Position numbers and translations under genes: made by a program. The notes beneath the pieces were generated by a model, which saw nothing but the letters and a program-made list of their open reading frames with translations, was not told the origin of the DNA and did not search any database. 64,000 bases of DNA from the human T2T-CHM13v2.0 reference genome, Homo sapiens, in NCBI RefSeq assembly GCF_009914755.1, contig NC_060933.1. One strand, written 5' to 3'. Below, piece by piece: positions 12,501 through 26,450 of the stretch; the stretch's first letter is position 1; each line of letters opens with the position of its first letter.

Positions 12501-15500
12501 ACTCCATTCCATTGCACTCGGGTTGATTCCATTCCATTCCATTCCATTCAATTCCATTCCATTCCATTCCGGATGATTCCATTCCATTGCATTCCGTTCC
12601 ATTACATTCCCCTGCACTCGGGTTGATTCCATTCCATTCCATTCCATTCCATTCGATTCCATTCCATTCCAATTCTTTCCATTCCATTCTATTCCGTACC
12701 ATTCCATTCCATTCCATACAATTCCATTCCATTCCATTCCACTCCGTTCCGTTCCGTTCCGTTCCGTTCCGTTCCATTCCATTCCATTCCATTCTATTCG
12801 GTTTAATTCTATTCCATTCCATTCCATTCCATTCTATTCCATTCCATTGCAATCGAGTTGAATCCATTGCATTCCATTCCATTCCATTGCATTCCATTCC
12901 GGAAGATTCCATTCCATTGCATTCCATTCCATTCCATTCCATTCCATTCCATTCCATTCCATTCCATTGTACTCGGGTTGATTCCATTCCATTGCATTCC
13001 ATTCCATTCCATTCCATTCCATTGCATTCCATTCCATTCCTTTCCATTCCATTCCATTCCATTCCATTCCGTTGTATTCCATTCCATTACATTCGGATTG
13101 ATTCTATTCAACTCCCTTACTCTCCATTAATTTCCATTCCATTTGGGTTGTTCCATTCCATTCCATTCCATTCCACTCCATTCCATTGCACTCGGGTTGA
13201 TTCCATTTCATTCCATTCCATTCCATTCCATTCCGGATGATTCCATTCCTTTGCATTCCGTTCCATTACATTCCCCTGCACTCGCGTTGATTCCATTCCA
13301 TTCCATTCCATTCCATTCAATTCCATTCCATTACAATTCGTTCCATTCCATTCTATTCCGTACCATTCCATTCCATTCCATACCATTCCATTCCATTCCA
13401 TTCCATTCCAATCCGTTCCATTCCGTTCCATTCCATTCCATTCCATTCTATTCGGGTTAATTCCATTCCATTCCATTCCATTCCATTCCATTCTATTCCA
13501 TTCCATTGCAATCGAGTTGAATCAATTTCATTTCATTCCATTCCATTCCATTCCATTCCGGAAGATTCCATTCCATTGCATTCCATTCCATTCCATTCCC
13601 CTGCACTCGCGTTGATTCCATTCCATTCCATTCCATTCCATCCATTCCGTTCCGTTCCGTTCCATTCCATTCCATTCCATTCCATTCCATTCCGTTCCGT
13701 TCCATTCCATTCCATTCTATTCTATTCGGGTTAATTCCATTCCATTCCATTCGATTGCAATCGAGTTGATTCTATTCCATTCCATTCCATTCCATTCCAT
13801 TCCTTTCCATTCCATTACGGATGACTCCATTCCATTGCATTCCATTCCATTCCATTCCCCTGCACTCGGGTTGATTCCATTCCATTCCACTCCATTCCGT
13901 TCCATTCCATTCCATTCCATTGTATTCGGGTTAATTCCATTCAATTCCATTCCATTCCATTCCATTCCATTCCATTACAATCTAGTTGATTCCATTCCAT
14001 TCCATTCCATTCCAGTCCTTTCCATTCCATTCCACTCGGGTTGATTCCATTCTATTAGTTTCCATTCCATTCCATTACCTTCCATTCCACTCTGGTTGAT
14101 ACCATTCCTTTCCATTCCACTCGAATACATTCCCTCCTATTCCATTCGGAACGATTCCATTCCATTCCATTCCATTCCATTTCGTTCCATTCCATTCTAT
14201 TCCGTATCATTCCATTCAATTCCTTTCCATTCCATTGTACTCGGGTTGATTCAATTCCATTGCATTCCATTCCATTCCATTCCATTCCATTCCATTCCGT
14301 TGCATTCCATTCCATTACATTCGGATTGATTCTATTCAACTCCCTTACTCTCCATTACATTCCACTCCATTCGGGTTGTTCCATTCCATTCCATTCCATT
14401 CCACTCCATTCCATTGCACTCGGGGTGATTCCATTCCATTCCATTCCATTCCATTCCATTCCATTCCGGATGATTCCATTCCATTGCATTCCGTTCCATT
14501 ACATTCCCCTGCACTCGCGTTGATTCCATTCCATTCCATTCCATTCCATTCCATTCCATTCCATTACAATTCGTTCCATTCCATTCTATTCCGTACCATT
14601 CCATTCCATTCCATACCATTCCATTCCATTCCATTTCATTCCATTCCGTTCCATTCCGTTCCATTCCATTCCATTCCATTCTATTCGGATTAATTCCATT
14701 CCATTCCATTCCATTCCATTCTATTCCATTCCATTGCAGTCGAGTTGAATCCATTGCATTTCATTCCATTCCATTCCATTCCATTCCATTCCGTAAGATT
14801 CCATTCCATTGCATTCCATTCCATTCCATTCCCCTGCACTCGCGTTGATTCCATTCCATTCCATTCCATTCCATTCCATTCCGTTCCGTTCCGTTCCATT
14901 CCATTCCATTCCATTCCATTCCATTCCATTCCGTTCCGTTCCATTCCATTCCATTCCATTCTCTTCGGGTTAATTCCATTCCATTCCATTCGATTGCAAT
15001 CGAGTTGATTCCATTCCATTCCATTCCATTCCATTCCTTTCCATTCCATTCCTTTCCATTCCATTACGGATGATTCCATTCCATTGCATTCCATTCCATT
15101 CCATTCCCCTGTTCTCTGGTTGATTCCATTCCATTCCATTCCAATCCATGCCATTCCACTCGTGTTGATTCCATTCTTTCCATTCCATTCAAGTTGAATC
15201 CATTCCATTGCATTCCATTCCATTCGATTCCATTCGATTGTACTCGGGTTGATTCCATTCCATTGCATTCCATTCCATTCCATTCCATTCCATTCCATTC
15301 CATTACATTCGGATTTTTTCTATTCAATTCCCTTACACTCCATTACATTCCATTCCATTCGGGTAGTTTCCATTCCATTCCATTCCATTCCTCTCCATTC
15401 CATTGAACTCGGGTTGATTCCATTCCATTGCATTCCATTCCATTCCATTCAATTCCATTCTGTTCCATTCCATTCCATTACATTCGGATTGATTCTATTC

Positions 15501-16699
15501 AACTCCCTTACTCTCCATTACATTCCATTCCATTCGGGTTGTTCCATTCCATTCCATTCCATTCCACTCCATTCCATTGCACTCGGGTTGATTCCATTCC
15601 ATTAAATTCAATTCCATTCCATTCCATTCCATTCCGGGAGATTCCATTCCATTGCATTCCATTCCATTACATTCCATTCCATTCCATTCCTTTCCGTTCC
15701 ATTCCATTCCATTCCATTCCAATCCATTCCATTCCGTTCCATTCCGTTCCATTCCATTCCATTCCATTCTATTCGGGTTAATTCCATTCCATTCCATTCG
15801 ATTGCAATCGAGTTGATTCCATTCCATTCCATTCAATTCCATTCCATTCTATTCGGGTTAATTCCATTCCATTCCATTCGATTGCAATCGAGTTGATTCC
15901 ATTCCATTCCATTCCATTCCATTCCATTCCATTCCTTTCCATTCCATTACGAATGATTCCATTCCATTGCATTCCATTCCATTCCATTCCTCTGTACTCG
16001 GGTTGATTCCATTCCATTCCATTCCAATCCATGCCATTCCACTCGTGTTGATTCCATTCTTTCCATTCCATTCAAGTTGAATCCATTCCATTGCATTCCA
16101 TTCCATTCCATTCCCCTGCAGTCGGGTTCTTTCCATTCCATTCCATTCCATTCCATTCCATTCCATTCCATTCCGTTCCGTTCTGTCCCATTCCATTCCA
16201 TTCCATTCTATTCGGGTTAATTCCATTCCATTCCATTCCATTCCATTCCATTCCATTCCAATCGAGTTGATTCCATTCCATTCCATTCCATTCCATTCCA
16301 CTCCATTCCAGTCCTTTCCATTCCATTCCACTCGGGTTGATTCCAATGTATTCCTTTCCATTCCATTCCATTCCATTGCAATCGAGTTGATTCCATTGCG
16401 TTGCATTCCATTCCATTCCATTCCATTCCGGATGATTCCATTCCATTGCATTCCATTCCATTCCATTCCCCTGCACTCGTGTTGATTCCATTCCGTTCCA
16501 CTCCATTCCGTTCCATTCCATTCCATTGCATTGTATTCGGGTTAATTCCATTCCATTCCATTCCATTCCATTCCATTCCATTAAAATCGAGTTGATTCCA
16601 TACCATTCCTTTCCATTCCAGTGCTTTCCATTCCATTCCTCTCGGGTTGATTCCATTCTATTAGTTTCCATTCCATTCCATTCCCTTCCATTCCACTCT

Positions 16700-19600
16700 G
16701 GTTGATTCCATTCCTTTCTATTCCACTCGAATACATTCCCTCCTATTCCACTTGGAACGATTCCATTCCATTCCATTCCATTCCATTCCATTCCATTCCA
16801 TTCCATTCCATTTCGTTCCATTCCATTCTATTCCGTATCATTCTATTCCATTCCATTCCATTCCATTCCATTCCATTGTACTCGGGTTGATTCAATTCCA
16901 TTGCATTCCATTCCATTCCATTCCATTCCATTCCGTTGCATTCCATTCCTTTACATTCGGATTGATTCTATTCAACTCCCTTACTCTCCATTACATTCCA
17001 TTCCATTCGGGTTGTTCCATTCCATTCCATCCCATTCCACTCCATTCCATTGCATCGGGTTGATTGCATTCCATTCCATTCCATTCCATTCCGGATGATT
17101 CCATTCCATTGCATTCCATTCCATTCCATTCCCCTGCACTCGGGTTGATTCCATTCCATTCCATTCCAATGCATGCCATTCCACTCGTGTTGATTCCATT
17201 CTTTCCATTCCATTCAAGTTGAATCCATTCCATTGCATGCCATTCCATTCGATTCCATTCGATTGCACTCGGGTTGATTCCATTCCATTGCATTCCATTC
17301 CATTCCATTCCATTCCATTCCATTTCGTTCCATTCCATTCCCTTACATTCGGATTGATTCTATTCAATTCCCTTACACTCCATTACATTCCATTCCATTC
17401 GGGTATTTTCCATTCCATTCCATTCCATTCCTCTCCATTCCATTGCACTCGGGTTGATTCCATTCCATTGCATTCCATTCCATTCCATTCAATTCCATTC
17501 CGTTCCATTCCATTCCATTACATTCGGATTGATTCTATTCAACTCCCTTACTCTCCATTACATTCCATTCCATTCGGGTTGTTCCATTCCATTCCATTCC
17601 ATTCCACTCCATTCCATTGCACTCGGGTTTATTCCATTCCATTCCATTCCATTCCATTCCATTCCATTCCGGAAGATTCCATTCCATTGCATTCCATTCC
17701 ATTCCATTCCCCTGCACTCGCGTTGATTCCATTCCATTCCATTCCATTCCATTCCATTCCATTCCATTCCATTCCATTCCATTCCTTTCCGTTCCATTCC
17801 ATTCCATTCCATTCCATTCCAATCCATTCCATTCCGTTCCGTTCCGTTCCATTCCATTCCATTCCATTCTATTCGGGTTAATTCCATTCCATTCCATTCG
17901 ATTGCAATCGAGTTGATTCCATTCCATTCTATTCCATTCCATTCCATTCCTTTGCATTCCATTACGGATGATTCCATTCCATTGCATTCCATTCCATTCC
18001 ATTCCCCTGTACTCGGGTTCATTCCATTCCATTCCATTCCAATCCATGCCATTCCACTCGTGTTGATTCCATTCTTTCTATTCCATTCATGTTGAATCCA
18101 TTCCATTGCATTCCATTCCATTCCATTACCCTGCAGTCGGGTTGATTCCATTCCATTCCATTCCATTCCATTCCATTCCGTTCCATTCCATTCCATTCCA
18201 TTGCATTCTATTCGGGTTAATTCCATTCCATTCCATTCCATTCCATTCCAATCGAGTTGATTCCATTCCATTCCATTCCATTCCATTCCACTCCATTCCA
18301 GTCCTTTCCATTCCATTCTACTCGGGTTGATTCCAATGTATTCCTTTCCATTCCATTCCATTCCATTGCAATCGAGTTGATTCCATTGCTTTGCATTCCA
18401 TTCCATTCCATTCCATTCCATTCCGGATGATTCCATTCCATTGCATTCCATTCCATTCCATTCCCCTGCACTCGGGTTGATTCCATTCCATTCCACTCCA
18501 TTCCGTTCCATTCCATTCCATTCCACTGTATTCGGGTTAATTCCATTCCATTCCATTCCATTCCATTCCATTCCATTCCATTCCATTACAATCGAGTTGA
18601 TTCCATTCCATTCCATTCCATTCCAGTCCTTTCCATTCCATTCCACTCGGGTTGATTCCATTCTATTAGTTTCCATTCCATTCCATTCCCTTCCATTCCA
18701 CTCTGGTTGATACAATTCCTTTCCATTCCACTCGAATACATTCCCTCCTATTCCACTCGGAACGATTCCATTCAATTCCATTCCATTCCATTCCATTCCA
18801 TTCCATTCCATTCCATTCCATTCCATTCCATTTCGTTCCATTCCATTCTATTCCGTATCATTCCATTCCATTCCATTCCATTCTATTCCATTCCATTCCA
18901 TTCCATTGTACTCGGGTTGATTCAATTCCATTGCATTCCATTCCATTCCGTTGCATTCCATTCCATTACATTCGGATTGATTCTATTCAACTCCCTTACT
19001 CTCCATTACATTCCACTCCATTCGGGTTGTTCCATTCCATTCCATTCCATTCCATTCCACTCCATTCCATTGCACTCGGGTTGATTCCATTCCATTCCAT
19101 TCCATTCCATTCCATTCCATTCCATTCCATTCCGGATGATTCCATTCCATTGCATTCCGTTCCATTACATTCCCCTGCACTCGCGTTGATTCCATTCCAT
19201 TCCATTCCATTCCATTCCATTCCATTCCATTACAATTCTTTCCATTCCATTCTATTCCGTACCATTCCATTCCATTCCATACCATTCCATTCCATTCCAT
19301 TCCATTCCATTCCGTTCCATTCCGTTCCATTCCATTCCATTCCATTCTATTCGGATTAATTCCATTCCATTCCATTCCATTCCATTGCAATCTAGTTGAA
19401 TCAATTGCATTTCATTCCATCCCATTCCATTCCATTCCGGAAGATTCCATTCCATTGCTTTCCATTCCATTCCATTCCCCTGCACTCGCGTTGATTCCAT
19501 TCCATTCCATTCCATTCCATTCCATTCCATCCATTCCGTTCCGTTCCGTTCCATTCCATTCCATTCCATTCCATTCTATTCCGTTCCGTTCCATTCCATT

Positions 19601-22600
19601 CCATTCCATTCTATTCGGGTTAATTCCATTCCATTCCATTCGACTGCAATCGAGTTGATTCCATTCCATTCCATTCCATTCCATTCCATTCCTTTCCATT
19701 CCATTATGGATGGTTCCATTCCATTGCATTCCATTCCATTCCATTCCCCTGTACTCGGGTTGATTCCATTCCATTCCATTCCAATCCATGCCATTCCACT
19801 CGTGTTGATTCCATTCTTTCCATTCCATTCAAGTTGAATCCATTCCATTGCATGCCATTCCATTCGATTCCATTCGATTGCACTCGGGTTGATTCCATTC
19901 CATTGCATTCCATTCCATTCCATTCCATTCCATTGCATTCCATTGCATTTCGTTCCATTCCATTCCATTACATTCGGATTGATTCTATACAATTCCCTTA
20001 CACTCCATTACATTCCATTCCATTCGGGTATTTTCCATTCCATTCCATTCCATTCCTCTCCATTCCATTGCCCTCGGGTTGATTCCATTCCATTGCATTC
20101 CATTCCATTCCATTCAATTCCATTCCTTTCCATTCCATTCCATTACATTCGGATTGATTCTATTCAACTCCCTTACTCTCCATTACATTCCATTCCATTC
20201 GGGTTGTTCCATTCCATTCCATTCCATTCCACTCCATTCCATTGCACTCGGGTTTATTCCATTCCATTCCATTCCATTCCATTCCATTCCGGAAGATTCC
20301 ATTCCATTGCATTCCATTCCATTCCATTCCCCTGCACTCGCGTTGATTCCATTCCATTCCATTCCATTCCATTCCATTCCATTCCATTCCATTCCTTTCC
20401 GTTCCATTCCATTCCATTCCATTCCATTCCAATCCATTCCATTCCGTTCCGTTCCGTTCCATTCCATTCCATTCCATTCTATTCGGGTTAATTCCATTCC
20501 ATTCCATTCGATTGCAATCGAGTTGATTCCATTCCATTCTATTCCATTCCATTCCATTCCTTTGCATTCCATTACGGATGATTCCATTCCATTGCATTCC
20601 ATTCCATTCCATTCCCCTGTACTCGGGTTCATTCCATTCCATTCCATTCCAATCCATGCCATTCCACTCGTGTTGATTCCATTCTTTCCATTCCATTCAA
20701 GTTGAATCCATTCCATTGCATTCCATTCCATTCCATTCCCCTGCAGTCGGGTTGATTCCATTCCATTCCATTCCATTCCATTCCATTCCATTCCGTTCCA
20801 TTCCATTCCATTCCATTCCATTCTATTCGGGTTAATTCCATTCCATTCCATTCCATTCCTTTCCATTCCATTCCATTCCATTACAATCGTGTTGATTCCA
20901 TTCCATTCAATTCCATTCCATTCCAGTCCTTTCCATTCCATTCCACTCGGGTTGATTCCATTCTATTAGTTTCCATTCCATTCCATTCCCTTCCATTCCA
21001 CTCTGGTTGATTCCATTCCTTTCCATTCCACTCGAATACATTCCCTCCTATTCCACTCGGAACGATTCCATTCCATTCCATTCCATTCCATTCCATTCCA
21101 TTCCATTCCATTTCGTTCCATTCCATTCTATTCCGTATCATTCCATTCCATTCCATTCCATTCCATTGTACTCGGGTTGATTCAATTCCATTGCATTCCA
21201 TTCCATTACATTCCATTCCATTCCGTTGCATTCCATTCCTTTACATTCGGATTGATTCTATTCAACTCCCTTACTCTCCATTACATTCCATTCCATTCGG
21301 GTTGTTCCATTCCATTCCATCCCACTCCACTCCATTCCATTGCATCGGGTTGATTGCATTCCATTCCATTCCATTCCATTCCGGATGATTCCATTCCATT
21401 GCATTCCATTCCATTCCATTCCCCTGCACTCGGGTTGATTCCATTCCATTCCATTCCAATGCATGCCATTCCACTCGTGTTGATTCCATTCTTTCCATTC
21501 CATTCAAGTTGAATCCATTCCATTGCATGCCATTCCATTCGATTCCATTCGATTGCACTCGGGTTGATTCCATTCCATTGCATTCCATTCCATTCCATTC
21601 CATTCCATTCCATTTCGTTCCATTCCATTCCATTACATTCGGATTGATTCTATTCAATTCCCTTACACTCCATTACATTCCATTCCATTCGGGTATTTTC
21701 CATTCCATTCCATTCCATTCCTCTCCATTCCATTGCACTCGGGTTGATTCCATTCCATTGCATTCCATTCCATTCCATTCAATTCCATTCCGTTCCATTC
21801 CATTCCATTACATTCGGATTGATTCTATTCAACTCCCTTACTCTCCATTACATTCCATTCCATTCGGGTTGTTCCATTCCATTCCATTCCATTCCACTCC
21901 ATTCCATTGCACTCGGGTTTATTCCATTCCATTCCATTCCATTCCATTCCATTCCGGAAGATTCCATTCCATTGCATTCCATTCCATTCCATTCCCCTGC
22001 ACTCGCGTTGATTCCATTCCATTCCATTCCATTCCATTCCATTCCATTCCATTCCTTTCCGTTCCATTCCATTCCATTCCATTCCATTCCAATCCATTCC
22101 ATTCCGTTCCGTTCCGTTCCATTCCATTCCATTCCATTCTATTCGGGTTAATCCATTCCATTCCATTCGATTGCAATCGAGTTGATTCCATTCCATTCTA
22201 TTCCATTCCATTCCATTCCTTTGCATTCCATTACGGATGATTCCATTCCATTGCATTCCATTCCATTCCATTCCCCTGTACTCGGGTTCATTCCATTCCA
22301 TTCCATTCCAATCCATGCCATTCCACTCGTGTTGATTCCATTCTTTCTATTCCATTCATGTTGAATCCATTCCATTGCATTCCATTCCATTCCATTACCC
22401 TGCAGTCGGGTTGATTCCATTCCATTCCATTCCATTCCATTCCATTCCGTTCCATTCCATTCCATTCCATTGCATTCTATTCGGGTTAATTCCATTCCAT
22501 ACCATTCCATTCCATTCCAATCGAGTTGATTCCATTCCATTCCATTCCATTCCATTCCACTCCATTCCAGTCCTTTCCATTCCATTCTACTCGGGTTGAT

Positions 22601-25600
22601 TCCAATGTATTCCTTTCCATTCCATTCCATTCCATTGCAATCGAGTTGATTCCATTGCTTTGCATTCCATTCCATTCCATTCCATTCCGGATGATTCCAT
22701 TCCATTGCATTCCATTCCATTCCATTCCCCTGCACTCGGGTTGATTCCATTCCATTCCACTCCATTCCGTTCCATTCCATTCCATTCCATTGTATTCGGG
22801 TTAATTCCATTCCATTCCATTCCATTCCATTCCATTCCATTCCATTACAATCGAGTTGATTCCATTCCATTCCATTCCATTCCAGTCCTTTCCATTCCAT
22901 TCCACTCGGGTTGATTCCATTCTATTAGTTTCCATTCCATTCCATTCCCTTCCATTCCACTCTGGTTGATACAATTCCTTTCCATTCCACTCGAATACAT
23001 TCCCTCCTATTCCACTCGGAACGATTCCATTCAATTCCATTCCATTCCATTCCATTCCATTCCATTCCATTCCATTCCATTCCATTCCATTCCATTCCAT
23101 TTCGTTCCATTCCATTCTATTCCGTATCATTCCATTCCATTCCATTCCATTCTATTCCATTCCATTCCATTCCATTGTACTCGGGTTGATTCAATTCCAT
23201 TGCATTCCATTCCATTCCGTTGCATTCCATTCCATTACATTCGGATTGATTCTATTCAACTCCCTTACTCTCCATTACATTCCACTCCATTCGGGTTGTT
23301 CCATTCCATTCCATTCCATTCCATTCCACTCCATTCCATTGCACTCGGGTTGATTCCATTCCATTCCATTCCATTCCATTCCATTCCATTCCATTCCATT
23401 CCGGATGATTCCATTCCATTGCATTCCGTTCCATTACATTCCCCTGCACTCGCGTTGATTCCATTCCATTCCATTCCATTCCATTCCATTCCATTACAAT
23501 TCTTTCCATTCCATTCTATTCCGTACCATTCCATTCCATTCCATACCATTCCATTCCATTCCATTCCATTCCATTCCGTTCCATTCCGTTCCATTCCATT
23601 CCATTCCATTCTATTCAGATTAATTCCATTCCATTCCATTCCATTCCATTGCAATCTAGTTGAATCAATTGCATTTCATTCCATCCCATTCCATTCCATT
23701 CCGGAAGATTCCATTCCATTGCTTTCCATTCCATTCCATTCCCCTGCACTCGCGTTGATTCCATTCCATTCCATTCCATTCCATTCCATTCCATCCATTC
23801 CGTTCCGTTCCGTTCCATTCCATTCCATTCCATTCCATTCCATTCCGTTCCGTTCCATTCCATTCCATTCCATTCTATTCGGGTTAATTCCATTCCATTC
23901 CATTCGACTGCAATCGAGTTGATTCCATTCCATTCCATTCCATTCCATTCCATTCCTTTCCATTCCATTATGGATGGTTCCATTCCATTGCATTCCATTC
24001 CATTCCATTCCCCTGTACTCGGGTTGATTCCATTCCATTCCATTCCAATCCATGCCATTCCACTCGTGTTGATTCCATTCTTTCCATTCCATTCAAGTTG
24101 AATCCATTCCATTGCATGCCATTCCATTCGATTCCATTCGATTGCACTCGGGTTGATTCCATTCCATTGCATTCCATTCCATTCCATTGCATTCCATTGC
24201 ATTCCATTGCATTTCGTTCCATTCCATTCCATTACATTCGGATTGATTCTATACAATTCCCTTACACTCCATTACATTCCATTCCATTCGGGTATTTTCC
24301 ATTCCATTCCATTCCATTCCTCTCCATTCCATTGCCCTCGGGTTGATTCCATTCCATTGCATTCCATTCCATTCCATTCAATTCCATTCCTTTCCATTCC
24401 ATTCCATTACATTCGGATTGATTCTATTCAACTCCCTTACTCTCCATTACATTCCATTCCATTCGGGTTGTTCCATTCCATTCCATTCCATTCCACTCCA
24501 TTCCATTGCACTCGGGTTTATTCCATTCCATTCCATTCCATTCCATTCCATTCCGGAAGATTCCATTCCATTGCATTCCATTCCATTCCATTCCCCTGCA
24601 CTCGCGTTGATTCCATTCCATTCCATTCCATTCCATTCCATTCCATTCCATTCCATTCCTTTCCGTTCCATTCCATTCCATTCCATTCCATTCCAATCCA
24701 TTCCATTCCGTTCCGTTCCGTTCCATTCCATTCCATTCCATTCTATTCGGGTTAATTCCATTCCATTCCATTCGATTGCAATCGAGTTGATTCCATTCCA
24801 TTCTATTCCATTCCATTCCATTCCTTTGCATTCCATTACGGATGATTCCATTCCATTGCATTCCATTCCATTCCATTCCCCTGTACTCGGGTTCATTCCA
24901 TTCCATTCCATTCCAATCCATGCCATTCCACTCGTGTTGATTCCATTCTTTCCATTCCAGTCAAGTTGAATCCATTCCATTGCATTCCATTCCATTCCAT
25001 TCCCCTGCAGTCGGGTTGATTCCATTCCATTCCATTCCATTCCATTCCATTCCATTCCGTTCCATTCCATTCCATTCCATTCCATTCTATTCGGGTTAAT
25101 TCCATTCCATTCCATTCCATTCCTTTCCATTCCATTCCATTCCATTACAATCGTGTTGATTCCATTCCATTCAATTCCATTCCATTCCAGTCCTTTCCAT
25201 TCCATTCCACTCGGGTTGATTCCATTCTATTAGTTTCCATTCCATTCCATTCCCTTCCATTCCACTCTGGTTGATTCCATTCCTTTCCATTCCACTCGAA
25301 TACATTCCCTCCTATTCCACTCGGAACGATTCCATTCCATTCCATTCCATTCCATTCCATTCCATTCCATTCCATTTCGTTCCATTCCATTCTATTCCGT
25401 ATCATTCCATTCCATTCCATTCCATTCCATTGTACTCGGGTTGATTCAATTCCATTGCATTCCATTCCATTCCATTCCATTCCATTCCGTTGCATTCCAT
25501 TCCTTTACATTCGGATTGATTCTATTCAACTCCCTTACTCTCCATTACATTCCATTCCATTCGGGTTGTTCCATTCCATTCCATTCCATTCCACTCCATT

Positions 25601-26450
25601 CCATTGCATCGGGTTGATTGCATTCCATTCCATTCCATTCCATTCCGGATGATTCCATTCCATTGCATTCCATTCCATTCCATTCCCCTGCACTCGGGTT
25701 GATTCCATTCCATTCCATTCCAATCCATGCCATTCCACTCGTGTTGATTCCATTCTTTCCATTCCATTCAAGTTGAATCCATTCCATTGCATGCCATTCC
25801 ATTCGATTCCATTCGATTGCACTCGGGTTGATTCCATTCCATTGCATTCCATTCCATTCCATTCCATTCCATTCCATTTCGTTCCATTCCATTCCATTAC
25901 ATTCGGATTGATTCTATTCAATTCCCTTACACTCCATTACATTCCATTCCATTCGGGTATTTTCCATTCCATTCCATTCCATTCCTCTCCATTCCATTGC
26001 ACTCGGGTTGATTCCATTCCATTGCATTCCATTCCATTCCATTCAATTCCATTCCGTTCCATTCCATTCCATTACATTCGGATTGATTCTATTCAACTCC
26101 CTTACTCTCCATTACATTCCATTCCATTCGGGTTGTTCCATTCCATTCCATTCCATTCCACTCCATTCCATTGCACTCGGGTTTATTCCATTCCATTCCA
26201 TTCCATTCCATTCCATTCCATTCCGGAAGATTCCATTCCATTGCATTCCATTCCATTCCATTCCCCTGCACTCGCGTTGATTCCATTCCATTCCATTCCA
26301 TTCCATTCCATTCCATTCCATTCCATTCCATTCCATTCCTTTCCGTTCCATTCCATTCCATTCCATTCCATTCCAATCCATTCCATTCCGTTCCGTTCCG
26401 TTCCATTCCATTCCATTCCATTCTATTCGGGTTAATTCCATTCCATTCCA
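16700..26450 (+). repeat. Local higher-order tandem amplification, unit ~4.26-4.29 kb, ~2.3 copies (unit = ~2.6 kb subunit A + ~1.7 kb subunit B)
   Basis: Private variants recur at a fixed offset: tgcatcgggttgattgcatt (~17051/21341/25606), gcaatctagttgaatcaattg (~19387/23651), ttatggatggttcc (~19704/23968), attgccctcggg (~20067/24331). Near-identical ORFs are offset by 4290 (16968/21258; 17219/21509) and 4264 (19412/23676; 19834/24098; 20183/24447; 21258/25522). Confidence 0.9.
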
